DNA of 64,000 nt from Nageia nagi (Eukaryota; Plantae; Pinophyta), in contig JBITNC010000001.1 in the NCBI GenBank assembly GCA_050084985.1, positions 164,858,001 through 164,922,000 of the forward strand, written 5' to 3'. Both the position numbers and the translations under genes were made by a program. Positions within the stretch are counted from its first letter, which is position 1. The number at the start of each line of letters is the position of its first letter. This document shows positions 52,801-64,000 of the stretch, one piece after another. The notes beneath the pieces were generated by a model. That model ran no database searches. It was not told the DNA's origin and was given only the letters and a program-made list of their open reading frames with translations.

Positions 52801-53811
52801 CTTATCCTTTTCATAACACATGTGATTAGTGCATCCTGAGTCAACAATCCAATCATTTGAAACAGTTTGAGTCATTGAGTAGTAGGTAGCAGTATGCTTT
52901 TTCTTCTTTCTATTATTGAAATTTCTCACATTTGCATTCCCCTTACCTTTTTGAGCAAATTTGTTTTTATGACAATCATACTCTTTGTGCCCAAAGATGC
53001 CACAAAAGTTACAATTTCCATCAAACTTTTCCTAAGATGTTAGATTGCTTGATCCAGCTTTGTCATTCCTTTGCCTGAAGTTACCATTATTGTTTCCCTT
53101 TTTCTCATACTTCCTGAAGGTAGATGAGGACTTGTTATCTTTGAATTTATAATGTTTGAACTTCTTCTTGAAAGGAGTTTTGGTTGCTCCTAGAGTAATG
53201 CTATTGTCCTTTGGAGAAAGGTTCAACATTTTCTTGTTCAAAGTTTCCTCATGCTTCAGAAGGAGTCTAGAAAGGTTATCAAGAGAGATGACATCTTCTT
53301 CATCATCAAGCCTTGTTTCCATAACCGTGACAAAGTTACTGAACTTTGTAGTAAGGCTTTGAAGAATGATGAAGACCATGAACTCATCATTGATCCAGTT
53401 GCACCTACAGCCAACCAGTTGTGTCCTGAGGTCAATGATTTTGTTCAAGTAGATAGAAGCACTTTCATCTTCACCTTGATGATATTGCAACAACTTTTGT
53501 AGAATGGTGAACCTCCTTGAAAATTTTGACCCAAGGTAAATTTTCTTTAGCCTATCCCAAGCTTCCTTTGCTGATGTTGAAGAAGTGACCATGAGAAGGA
53601 CATCATCTGAAACTGCACGATAAATCATTGAAGTTGCTAACTTATTCTTTGATTTGTATACTTCAAGAGCCTTCTCATCAGTAGGAGTGACCAAGTCTTC
53701 ATTAACTGTCTGCCACAGCTTCCTTACTTGTAACTCAGCTTTCATACGAGGTTCCCATATTCCAAAGTTGGAACCATCGAGTATATGCTTGGAAATGAAG
53801 GTTTCAACCAT
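49900..53811 (-). pseudogene. Copia gag-pol polyprotein (Gag, CCHC, PR, INT, RT, RNase H) in one frame with ~8 in-frame stops
   Basis: All ORF pieces (53835, 52929, 52536, 51963, 51492, 50883, 50496) share one frame. Motifs CNFCGIFGHKEYDC, WIVDSGCTNHM, LWHQRLGH, LRSDNGGEY, KARLVAKG, LYVDDLL, RTKHVEIQAHFIRE. Confidence 0.95.
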
Positions 53812-56248
53812 TGCTACAAAAAAGTAAATATGCAATAAGAATGCAAATTTTTACAATTCTATACATATAAAACATCTAATAAGCAAACATGTCCCACATG
53901 TGCAAACTTATAAACCACGATCCGTAGAAGGATAAAGTTGAGGTTATTTTCTTGTATAGAATTAGGCCTTCACCTGGATGCCCGCAAGGTGGAGCCCAGG
54001 TACTACCAGTCCTCAACCAGTTCACCTTGGTCAGTAATATACTCTCACAAGGAGAAGTACTAACTATTTTCCAAGGATCTGACGTATCTTGGACCGGCCA
54101 TTTTAATTATGTTGATTAAGGTTTTCAATTTTCCTCCTAGGTTATTAGGATAATCCATGAATGGACATATGGATATGTGGTATCACTACACACATGTCTG
54201 TCCACCTAATAGAGTTATGTCCAATCCAACAGAGGTCTTAGGGGCAATTAAGACGGACTTACCACCACTTGGGTCTTCGGACTAAAAAGGCTCCAGTCTG
54301 CCCTGTCCTCACCTCGTGGCTCCCTAAACAAGTCATGTTGTGGAAGAATACGTGCGGATGTGTTCATTTTAAGGGTTACTTTCAATATTTTGCGTATTGC
54401 AAGTATAAAGCAATTTGTGCAAAAATATAGAGTAAAGTAAAAAATACTTCATCCACACGAAACTTGAAACCTTAAGAGTCCAATGGGTTTTGTACTAACC
54501 CCTAAATGACTTTTACATTTTTCATATTTTTGCTCAAGTTCAAAAATAATAAATTTTACAAAGGCTAAGTCCTACTTAGCATTAATCCATAACTTAAACA
54601 TGCATTATTCCATGACTTAAAATTAAGTAATAAACATGCATCATGCATTATTTAACTTAAAATTTTAAGTACTAAGCATGCTTTAATCCTAACAAGGTTA
54701 AGAAGCATGCATTATAAATTTAGCATGCAAAATCCATAAAGATTTAAGTAAAAAATTATAAAAATTCCCCCTATTTTTACTTAAAGTGCGAAAACTTGGA
54801 TGCTAAAAAATTGTGTTTAAGTATGGTTCCTCCCTATTTTTCACTTAAGGTGTTATCCCTAAAAAGGGTCTTTGAAGTATGTATTTTAAGTAAATATAAC
54901 CTTTGTTTACTTAAAAATATCATAATTTTGTAGGAAAAATCCCTTAAATGTTGAATTTGATCTAGACTTTAAAGAAAAAATCAAATCAAATTTGTAGTGG
55001 GTAAAAAAAAAATTAAGGCTTAACAACTATAGTTTGACAAAAAAAATTGGAAGGGCCAAGGGAAGCCACATGGAGGGGAAGAGGCTGGGCAGGGGTGGCA
55101 GGGGCCAAAGTCGACGAGGAGGAGGCCACGTAGGTCGATGGAGGGTGCATGGGGCAGCCAGTCTATGGTTAACCACCCAGAGGTCGTGACAGCAGGTCGA
55201 TGAGGGAGGAAGGAGATTTGTTTGGTTGAAGACTAGAGGAGGAGGAGTAAAAATCATGTTCAACATGGTCCTCCTATCTCCTGCAGTGAGAATGCTCAAT
55301 AAAGGTTGATTCACTCTTTGTTGAATCTCTCAAGCGATGCCATATCTGTGTATAACAGAAGCTACAAGGTGAAGGTGTGGAGGAGGTCATGATGTGGAGG
55401 GAGGTGCTTAGGATGAAGCACACCACTCGCGTTAGGAAGGTAGCATGCACAGGTAAGATCATGGTCACGGGAAGCATGGCCTCCATCATTTTGTGCATAT
55501 CTTGCAATCATTGTAGGCCATGAAACGTTGTGAGCATCATGCAAACAAGTCAAACAATTACGTGCCTTCTCTGCGCTTCCATTTTATCTAACGATCATCG
55601 TAGTCCAGGGAACGTTGTCTACACCATGCATCGCGTTAAACAACTTTGTCTACAGTCCATGAAACTTAGTCTGCATCATGCATCTTGGTAAACAATTCGC
55701 GTGCACATCTATCGACCATTGCATGGAACAAGACTAGATCTGGTTTATGTAGATTTGGTGATCATTACAGTGCATGATACTTTGTCTAAAGTATGCATCT
55801 TGTTAAATAATTTACAGATCCTATCAACATATCTGTGTGTGTGCAAATGATGAGCTGGCAAGGGAGGAGGCTACGAGATAGAGAGCCAATTTGGTCTACA
55901 TCATGCATCGCTTGAAATAATTCGTGGATCTTTCAACGTATCCATTTTGTGGATATCCAGCGATCATTGCAATCCATGAAACATTGTCTACATCATTGTC
56001 AAACAATGCTCATAGCCTTTCAACGTTTCATGTTGTTACGTATCCGTTTGGTGCATGCAGGTCGGCGATCATTTCGTCAAATAGTTCGCATGCCTAAGAC
56101 CATCGTATATTATTTTTTATCTCTGTTAATATATGATGTCAATTGCAAAGAGCGAAGGGGATTTCTTTTAAGGTTCCCTACGTATGGCCATCCTCACTAT
56201 ATATTTTTTTGATTATATTTTAAACAAATTTAAAATAAAATAAAAAAA

Positions 56249-56249
<1 letters not shown>

Positions 56250-56292
<43 letters not shown>
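56250..56292. repeat. (TA)n microsatellite in the copia leader
   Basis: About 20 TA units. Confidence 0.95.
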
Positions 56293-56295
<3 letters not shown>

Positions 56296-56799
56296 TGTGC
56301 CCTCAAAAAAAAATTTGTAGTAGAAAAAATTATCCTCCTCTCATTTTTGTAAGTAAATGTTCATGCCTTTGGTTAGTAACATATCAATAACTTCTCTAAT
56401 GGTAGTATATATATGAGAAATTTCATAATAATATATTACTATTTTTAATCAAATAGTAATAACACAAAGAACGTTAATATATATTGCAATTTTCATCATA
56501 TATTGGTATTAAGCAAATGTTGAGTTAAATTGAACCAACACATACATTTAATTCCAATATAATATGTAAAAAAATTTGTATACTAACCCTTCTTAAAAGA
56601 ATTATAGCAATTTAAAAATTGCAAGTAACATAGAGGATTAGTAAAAAAAATTGCAACTTATTAATCATAATTTAAAAGGACTAACACGTAGCAAGTAATG
56701 TGTTAGTAGCATCATGTAATAATCCATAAAATAACCAAATGAGGAGGAAATTTATACCTTTTCTTGGAATTTACCTTACTAAGACCTTAAAATTGAAGG

Positions 56800-56860
56800 A
56801 ATAAGAGCTTCCTCGCCAAAAAAAGAGCTTCCACACCAAGAAGAAGAGCTTCCACACCAA
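56800..56860 (-). repeat. Three ~21-bp tandem repeats directly after the PBS
   Basis: On minus: TTGGTGTGGAAGCTCTT(CTTC) twice, then TTGGCGAGGAAGCTCTT. Confidence 0.85.
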
Positions 56861-56874
56861 GCTCTAATACCAAA

Positions 56875-57357
56875 TGAAGGATTTAGGCTAGATCTAAACT
56901 AATCCTTAAGGACCAAGACTAGGAAACTCAATCATACACAAGATAACACCATTCACACAAGATAACACAAGTGTAATGTGGTTCCTCCCTCCTTGGGAGT
57001 ACATCCACAACTAGTATCTCAATTCTCAAGTATGCCCCTCTTACAACTATTTTCTTCCTCTCCTACACAACTAGTAGAGTAATCTTACTCCAAAAACTTA
57101 GTTATGTTACAAGAGGAGAGGCCCTCTATTTATAGCTTGAGAGCACCTCCCTAACCTCCCTTTAACCCAAGGGTAAGGTTAGGGTTACAATAAATGTATC
57201 ACCTAACTTTAACCTACCAACTAACCACTTGGTAAAGTCAAAGTCTTCATAATAAAGAATTCAATTAATCCCTTAAGGTATCTACATATCCTTTAAGTGA
57301 TTAATTGAATTTACAAGGAGTTTAGATATTCACAATATTTCATTACAAATTCTAACA
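56875..57357 (-). repeat. 5' LTR of copia
   Basis: 98.3% identical to 48597-49079 and followed by the PBS. Confidence 0.97.
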
Positions 57358-57769
57358 ATGTTTTGGTATACAAATAGAGATATTATTTTCTTTTTCTTAC
57401 AAGACCTAAAAGGAAGCTACATAATTTGAAATGATTTTATGGAGTTTTATTTTTCATACTTGAATTTTTTCCTTGATTTCGTAAATCATGACTCAAATTC
57501 TGAATATACTCTTTATTTTGGAGTAAAATGATGTCAATAGTTATTATTTTTATTTGACACATGCAACACTTAATTGTTTGAGATGAAAATTGTGCAATCT
57601 ATAAATATAGTTATTCCTTTAGTAAATCACTTAATAAAAAAAATTATATATCTTTCCATCATGAAATTCAAGAGTTTACTTTATTTTACTTATAGAATTT
57701 CTAACATGATGCTTTGGTTATATTTATCTCCTTCCATTATTGATTGGAGTTTCTAAGACAAACAACATC

Positions 57770-58460
57770 AAATATTCCCCAACATAGCATACATGCTTAT
57801 CAAAGCATTTATCACAATGACATCTAAGTGAAAAGCACTTATTATTTTTTGATGGATTTCAAATCCCTCTTCTAAAGATGTTGAGTTGGCATATACTGAA
57901 AATACATTGGCATAAATGAATTCATAAGGTTAGACACCACTCCCATTTCATTGCATTTTGTGAAATAGAACTAATGCATCCTCAGAAAACCTTGATTTTC
58001 TATAAATTGTAATCATGACATTCCAAAAAAATACATCTCTCTTGATTATTCTATCGAAAATGTCATAAGCATAAATGAGGATATCTCACTTGATATGCAT
58101 ACAAATAAGGGTGTTGTGTAAAAATATGTATACCTTGAATCTTAGTTGATTATAATTGAGAATGATAGCATGGATAATCTTTCAATGTTCTAAGGATTTC
58201 TTCTGAATGCAGCATTATAAAAGAGAGACATAAGTGTAGGAATCTACAATAAAACTTATGGAATGCATGCACAAAATCTTTGAGATGACCCTCTTTACAA
58301 AGTGCAATGATTATGGGACGTTGTTATAAAACAAAAAAAATGCATTTTCTTAAAAACCTTGAGGGACTCAAAGCCATACATATTTTGTGCAAATCCTATG
58401 ATCATCGTAGTCTAAAACCATTATGTGCATACCATGAAGTCATTGCAATATATGAGATTA
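57770..58460 (-). pseudogene. PLS-class PPR pseudogene, N-terminal segment plus extra upstream PPR motif fragments
   Basis: LCKEGHLKD..DSYTYVSLL*CC..IHA..NTLICMHIK..IFDRIIKRDVFFWNVMIT..SEDALVLFHKMQ..GFEIH..VINALISMYA. Upstream fragments RDIISY..M..YAHNG and MIIGFAQN..ESLKVFKKM. Confidence 0.85.
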
Positions 58461-58504
58461 TGTCTCTCTATTGCATTTTATTTTTTGTAAATAGTAAAAA
58501 TAAA

Positions 58505-58815
58505 AAGACAATTTAAAACCACCTTACATAAGAAGGATATTTTAAACTTTTCTTAAAGATCCTAAGAAGGTGATTTCAAACCCCTAAAATGGTGGTTTTA
58601 AATTGCCCTCATATGATAAGTGATGGTAGTTTTATTAAGGTGGTTTTAAATTGTCCTCATATAATAAATGATGGTAGTTTATTGAGGTGGTTTTTAATTA
58701 CCCTCACATGGCATTGACTTTTTAATGACATCTAATAGATGACAACTAAATAACCATTTTTAAGGCATTTAAGGGTAGTTAAAAATCATCCTCAAAGGCC
58801 TTTTTGGACGTAGTA
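58505..58815. mobile_element. CACTA (En/Spm) terminus with subterminal repeats
   Basis: Repeated GGTGGTTTTAAA / TTTAAAACCACC in both orientations. The end reads on minus TACTACGTCCAAAAAGGCCTTT (CACTA with C>T). Confidence 0.65.
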
Positions 58816-60658
58816 ATAATGATGATTAAAAAGTTTCCTTCTTGATCTTTATGATATATGTTTGGATCGTTCTCTTAATACCATTCTTTTCAAGATGTTC
58901 ATTTAGTATTATATACTAGACTCCAAGATTTTTTTTATGATCATAGAGAGATTTAATCAAATCACATTCCTTTATTTCTTGTTCAAGTGTGATGAACCCC
59001 TATGGTTGAGTAATATATACTTATTATTGTAATTTTCTATTAAGAATGGTTGTTTCAACATCTATTTGATAAATCCTTCATTCAAACTATGTAGCTAGAG
59101 AAAAGATCATTCCAATGGTCTTTATCAAAGTTGTAAATGTAAATGTTTCTTCATATTTAATGCCCTCTTTTTTAGCACATCCATTTTTTATAGGTCATAT
59201 CTTATTTTCATTAATGCCTTATTTTGCTTATACTTGATCTTGAAGACCCATTGATATATGATGGCCTTATTTCCTTATGGAAGATCAACAAGTTATGAAG
59301 TGTTATTCTTTATCAAAGCTATATGTCCAAGATTCATAACATCCTTCCAAGGCTTAAACTAAAGAGATTCATGAACCATGTATGAATCAAAATTTTGTAT
59401 TACAGCACTCATCAAATCCATATTTACTTCATCATAAACCATGTTGTGTATCATTGATCATATGGTATATGTATTTCAAACTCCAACTATCATAGAATCT
59501 CTTAAGCTGATAGTGTACCATTTAAGTATATTTTATGGTGGAGGACATTTTCCAACATAAATATTGCCTTCAAAAATTTCCTCATTAGTATCTTCATATT
59601 TTTAATTAATCATTGTGAAGTATTATTGGAACAAAATCATATATGTAGATTCTTGTAGAGAAGTTGAGATTGGATCATCCTTCTCATCAAAAATAACATC
59701 ACATATAATGTTCAATTTATTTGTAGCTAGATCAAATAATCTATAGGCTTTTAGTTTATCATAATAACCTAAGAGAATACATCAATGAGACTTCTCATCT
59801 AATTTGTATCTCTTCTCCTTTGGTGTATGCATATATGTGATACAATAAAAAATATAAAGATGAGATATTAATGTCTTCTACCCAATTGTATGTAATCCAT
59901 GCTTATTCAAGAGTGATATAGGTAAGTGTTGTAATGGGAGCGCACTTGAGAATGTATATCATTATATGTACTTATTCAACCCAAAAGGAGGGTACGAGTT
60001 AAAATTAACAAACAATGAACCATTTTCTTAATGATTTTATTCTAATATTCAACAAAACTATTATCTTGTGGTACGTAAACTCCAATCAATTATCAACAAA
60101 TATCATTACTAGTGAACTCCCCCTTAATTTGAATAAAGTATATGGATCCAATGATTAGTGAATATTTCAACTTGAGCCTCAAACTCTTTGAAGTAGGAAA
60201 AACTTTCATCCTTAGCATTCAAAAAATATAGCCATATTTTTAATTATGATCATAAAAAAGAGCTAAAACTATTTAAAGCATGTATAGCTTAGAGCCATAG
60301 ATTCTAAAAGATTAGTAGAAACCAAATCAAGAGGTTTGATGAATCAATGCTTAGAAGTTCTAAATAGATCATGATAGTATTTACCAACTATGCAACAAGG
60401 TAAAATATGAGTATACTTCTTCAATGTAGAAAGGTTATGTACCATGTGCTTCTTAAATATAAGAAAATGACCATATTGGTGATGGAAAAGTGACTTGTAA
60501 AACATAAAGTTGATATTCAATACTTGATTATCATGATGCATAGTATGAAGTTCAAGCATTTTGACTATTCCTTTATGATGTGCAACAATCGTTAAGTTTG
60601 TCTTTATCACAAATGAGATATACCTTATTATTAGGATTTACCATAGATAATAAAACTT
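58816..60658 (-). pseudogene. Decayed Ty1/copia integrase-RT fragment
   Basis: Minus-strand LFHHQYGH (GAG-pre-integrase), ..KEGIKYEETF.., YITQP*GF, LIKSLY. Truncated just before YVDD at the CACTA end. Confidence 0.75.
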
Positions 60659-61785
60659 TGTAGAGTAAAATTATAGATATGAATAAGAGGTAAAAATACA
60701 TAAACATGAGAGACAAGTGATTTATATTGATTCACTGATGTGGGCTACTCTACTTTGAACATTGGTCCTTTCATCTTTCTTATAAAATAAAGAAGACAAT
60801 CCACCAATACATAATTTTCTAATGGAGCTATAGAGAAATAACCATCTCTTCTTCATCTACTAATTACCTTAGCTTTATGCTCACAATATTGAGCTCAATA
60901 ATATCTACACATAAGAGATATAACTCTTTCCTCCATGGAAGAAATCACTCCCAACATGGGATATCTCACTCCCACCCTCTCTTACATTACCCAAAAGAGA
61001 TACCCACCTCTCTATCGAAGGTCTTACATAAATAGGTACACCTAGTTACATGCAACCATTAGATCTACTAGATAAGATCTATCTAACTCCGTGACTACAT
61101 GCACGTTATTTTCAGCTGGCGCCCAAAGATACTTTTCCTTTTTTTAACACTTACTTATCAACCTCCATTCCTAACAATCTCCCACTTGGAGACTGATTTC
61201 CAATAGTTGCACCTGTTACTTCCTTCATAGGAAGTCCTCCTTGAACTTTGCAAGATCTTCACCGATCTCCATGTGTACACCAAGACATACTTGCAAAAAA
61301 TTGTTAAAATACCTAAAAATCAAAACATGAATGAGCATCCTCTTCATACTAGTTATTAGAATTTCATACAAGTGGCTGAAACTTCCACTCCATGTGCAAA
61401 ATATAACCTTTTTTAAACCTTGAACAAATCATCACTAGCCAAATCAAGCTTCACCTTATATAGCCATATTTGAATCAATACATTTTTGCACACCAATGTT
61501 AGCATCAATCTAGTTATAAGTATCTCCATAATATAATGGGTGAAAAGATATACTAGATGATAACCTCCATTGTAACATTATTATGTCTTGTCCAAAATCA
61601 TAGCATACATCTCCTTCATATAATATCAACATTGTATAATCACATGTGTAACTTCAACACATTACAATGATCTCCATACAACAACATATTATAATATACA
61701 TACCATAAAATAGTGATATTACCTTTACATGAGATCTCTATAGTCTATACATACAACAACATATTACAATCTACATACCATAAAA
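60659..61785 (-). mobile_element. Non-autonomous copia-derived element, unit A (LTR 60659-61176, PPT, partial internal region)
   Basis: On minus, PPT AAGTGGGAGAT then TGTTAG...CTACA. The internal region has decayed integrase-like text (KLDL.SD.F ... KFKE) and is colinear with 62776-63790. Confidence 0.8.
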
Positions 61786-62775
61786 CTAATTTTTTTGATG
61801 TTTTAGTTGACAAATTAGTTGACGTATTGGTTGAAGTATTGTTTGATGTATTGATTGTGTCAAAAAATACATCAAGTCAAAGATAGACTAGAAAAAAAGG
61901 AACAAATCATGGCATGATCTGCTATCAACCGTCAATGCAATTCCTTGATCAACGATAAATTTTTAATGGCAAGTATGATTCCATTGATGAGTGACTGAAT
62001 GAGCTTTCCCTGTATAAGGGCATTTTTGGTGTTGCAGGTCTAGAGGAGCTGAAGATATCTTAAAGAACATAGAGAATAGTGTGTATCTATATTTTATAGT
62101 AAACAAAATGTGCATTGTATGCTCCAACTGCCTATGAAGTTTGGTATATGCTTGCAAAGTTTGGTGGATTCCCATGAAGTTTTTTACTTTATAACAAAAT
62201 GAAACATCTTCTCATGGAATATGATAATTTTAGGTTATCAAAGATATGGCTTTCCTCAACACGCATTAAAATTATTTCACCAAATGCAATAAACATTAGC
62301 AGTAGTCCAACTAGATGAATTCACCTTTACCAACATCTTCAAAGCATGCACCAAACTAAGAGATTTGCAAAAGGGTTTATACATACATCAAAGACTCTTA
62401 AAATCATATTTTTATCAAATGTTGTATTTGTGAATGCCCTGGTAGACATATATATGCAAAATGTAGAAGTGTAGAGAAGACATGTAAATTATTTAACAAG
62501 ATGCATGATGTAAACAAGAAATCTTCCTCATCCCTTTCATCATGTTATTTTGATGCTATAAATGATGTTTTATACATATTGTATAATGTTAATTATTTGA
62601 CGCTCAAAACATCGATATATGACTCAAAGAATGACGTTATAATTGATACAAAAAATGATGTTTTGTTTGACAATTACCTTAGCATCAATTGATAGGTCAT
62701 GATTTATACAATTTTTCTTATAAAAAAATTATGGATTAATGCATGGTATGATGCAAAATTAGTTGTGTAGTAGTG
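61784..62775. mobile_element. CACTA-type element carrying a PPR gene fragment (Pack-CACTA candidate)
   Basis: Right end reads on minus CACTACTACACAACTAATTTT, and the left end retains AACTAATTTT. TTGATG/TTGACG subterminal motifs at 61795-61880 and 62550-62750. It sits at the GAT site that is empty in LTR A (TTCACT-GAT-GTGGGCTAC). Confidence 0.7.
62190..62515 (+). pseudogene. PLS-class PPR gene fragment (~3 motifs)
   Basis: NIFSWNMIILGYQRYGFPQHALKLFHQMQ*...DEFTFTNIFKACTKLRDLQKGLYIH...NVVFVNALVDIY(A)KCRSVEKTCKLFNKMHDVN. Confidence 0.9.
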
Positions 62776-64000
62776 GATGTGGGCTACACCACTTTGACCA
62801 TTGTTCCTTTCATATTTTTTATTCACCAAAGAAGACAATCCATAATACATAATTTTCTAATAGAGCTATAGAGAAATAACCATCTCTTCTTCATCTACTG
62901 ATTGTCTTAGCTTAATGCTCACAATATTGATCTCAATAAGATCTACACGTAAGAGATATAATTCTCTCCTCCATGGAAGAAATCACTCCCAACATGGGAG
63001 ATCTCACTTCCATCCTCTCTTACAATACCCAAAAGAGATACCCACCTCTCTATTGAAGGTCTTACATAAATAGGGAAACCCAATTACATGCAACCATCAG
63101 ATCTACAAAATAATACATCAAGAAATAAGATCTAAAGCTAAATTTAGACAAGATCTATCTATCTTTGTGACTACATACATTCTATTTTCAACTGCACCCA
63201 AAGATACTTTTCCTCTTTTTTGAATACTTCCTTATCAGGCTCCATTCCTAACAATCTCCCTCTTGGAGATTGATTTCCAATAGTTGCACCTATTACTGCC
63301 TTCATGGGAAGTCCTCCTTGAACTTTCCAAGATCTCCATCAATCTCCATGTGTACACCAAGACATCCTTGCAAAAAAATTATTAAAACACCTAAAATTCA
63401 AAACATGAATGAGCATCCTCTTCATACCAGTTATTAGGATTTCATACAAGTGGTTGAAACTCCACTCCATGTGCAAAATCTAACCTTGTCCAAATCTTGA
63501 ACAAATTATCATTACCCAAATCAAACTTCACCTTCTATAGCCATATTTGAATCAACACATTTTTGCACACCAATGTTAGCATCAATCTAATTATAAGCAT
63601 TTTCAAAATATAATGGGTGAAAATATATACCAAATGATAACCTCCATTATAAAATGCATTATTATGTCTTGTCCAAAATCATAGCATGCATCTCCTTTAT
63701 ATTATATCAACAGTGTATAATCACATGTGTAACTCCAACACATTACAGTGATCTCCATACAACAACATAATACAATCTACATACCATAAAATAATGATAT
63801 TACCATCACATGAGATCTTCATATTCTGGACATCCAAGCTACACCAAGCTCAACACTATACCATGCTCCACGAACTAGATCCATCCTACTTTGCTAGTAC
63901 TACTTCTTGGTTTTCACATCACCTTTTACTATTGCTCGCACTTAAACAAGAATCCCTTTTATTAAGCACTTACCCAATAATATAGCTTTGATACCAATTA
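62776..64000 (-). mobile_element. Non-autonomous copia-derived element, unit B (LTR 62776-63253, PPT, ~730-bp internal region, PBS)
   Basis: PPT 63254-63265 and PBS TGGTATCAAAGC (63996-63985). The next LTR would start at the window edge. No intact ORF between PBS and PPT. Confidence 0.85.

Larger units (their letters stand above)
48597..57357 (-). mobile_element. Full-length, recent Ty1/copia LTR retrotransposon (8.76 kb)
   Basis: Two 483-bp LTRs (56875-57357 is 5', 48597-49079 is 3') with 8 substitutions counted. TSD ATGTT at 48592-48596 and 57358-57362. PBS TGGTATTAGAGC 56872-56861, PPT 49080-49089. Confidence 0.97.

Noticed and set aside
53156-53502. Plus-strand ORFs overlapping copia gag
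   Set aside because: Antisense shadows with no independent evidence.

Overview
AT-rich eukaryotic (plant) genomic DNA made almost entirely of nested transposable elements. The element types and PPR motif style suggest a gymnosperm/conifer, but this is inference. The only host gene that looks functional is the terminal exon of a CPBP/CAAX-protease gene (7814-8155, +), and its upstream exons are not visible in the window. The main elements are: a CRM-like Ty3/gypsy (14080-25480, TSD ATTTG) holding a solo LTR (TSD AACAT) and a non-autonomous Gag-protease chromovirus; a young full-length Ty1/copia (48597-57357, -, 483-bp LTRs with 8 mismatches, TSD ATGTT); several decayed Tat-like gypsy, copia and LINE remnants; and a shattered PLS-class PPR-DYW pseudogene (45454-58460, -). 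The most notable observations are (i) PPR gene sequence sitting inside CACTA-type termini in two places, suggesting Pack-CACTA transport of RNA-editing-factor genes; (ii) a chromovirus derivative whose RT-RNaseH-integrase is replaced by an in-frame 30-bp/10-aa repeat array whose core also recurs in its LTRs; (iii) ORF1-only polyadenylated LINEs (HAL1-like); and (iv) a copia with a ~3-kb leader that looks like one intron ending 2 nt before the gag ATG. All calls were read by eye with no database searches.
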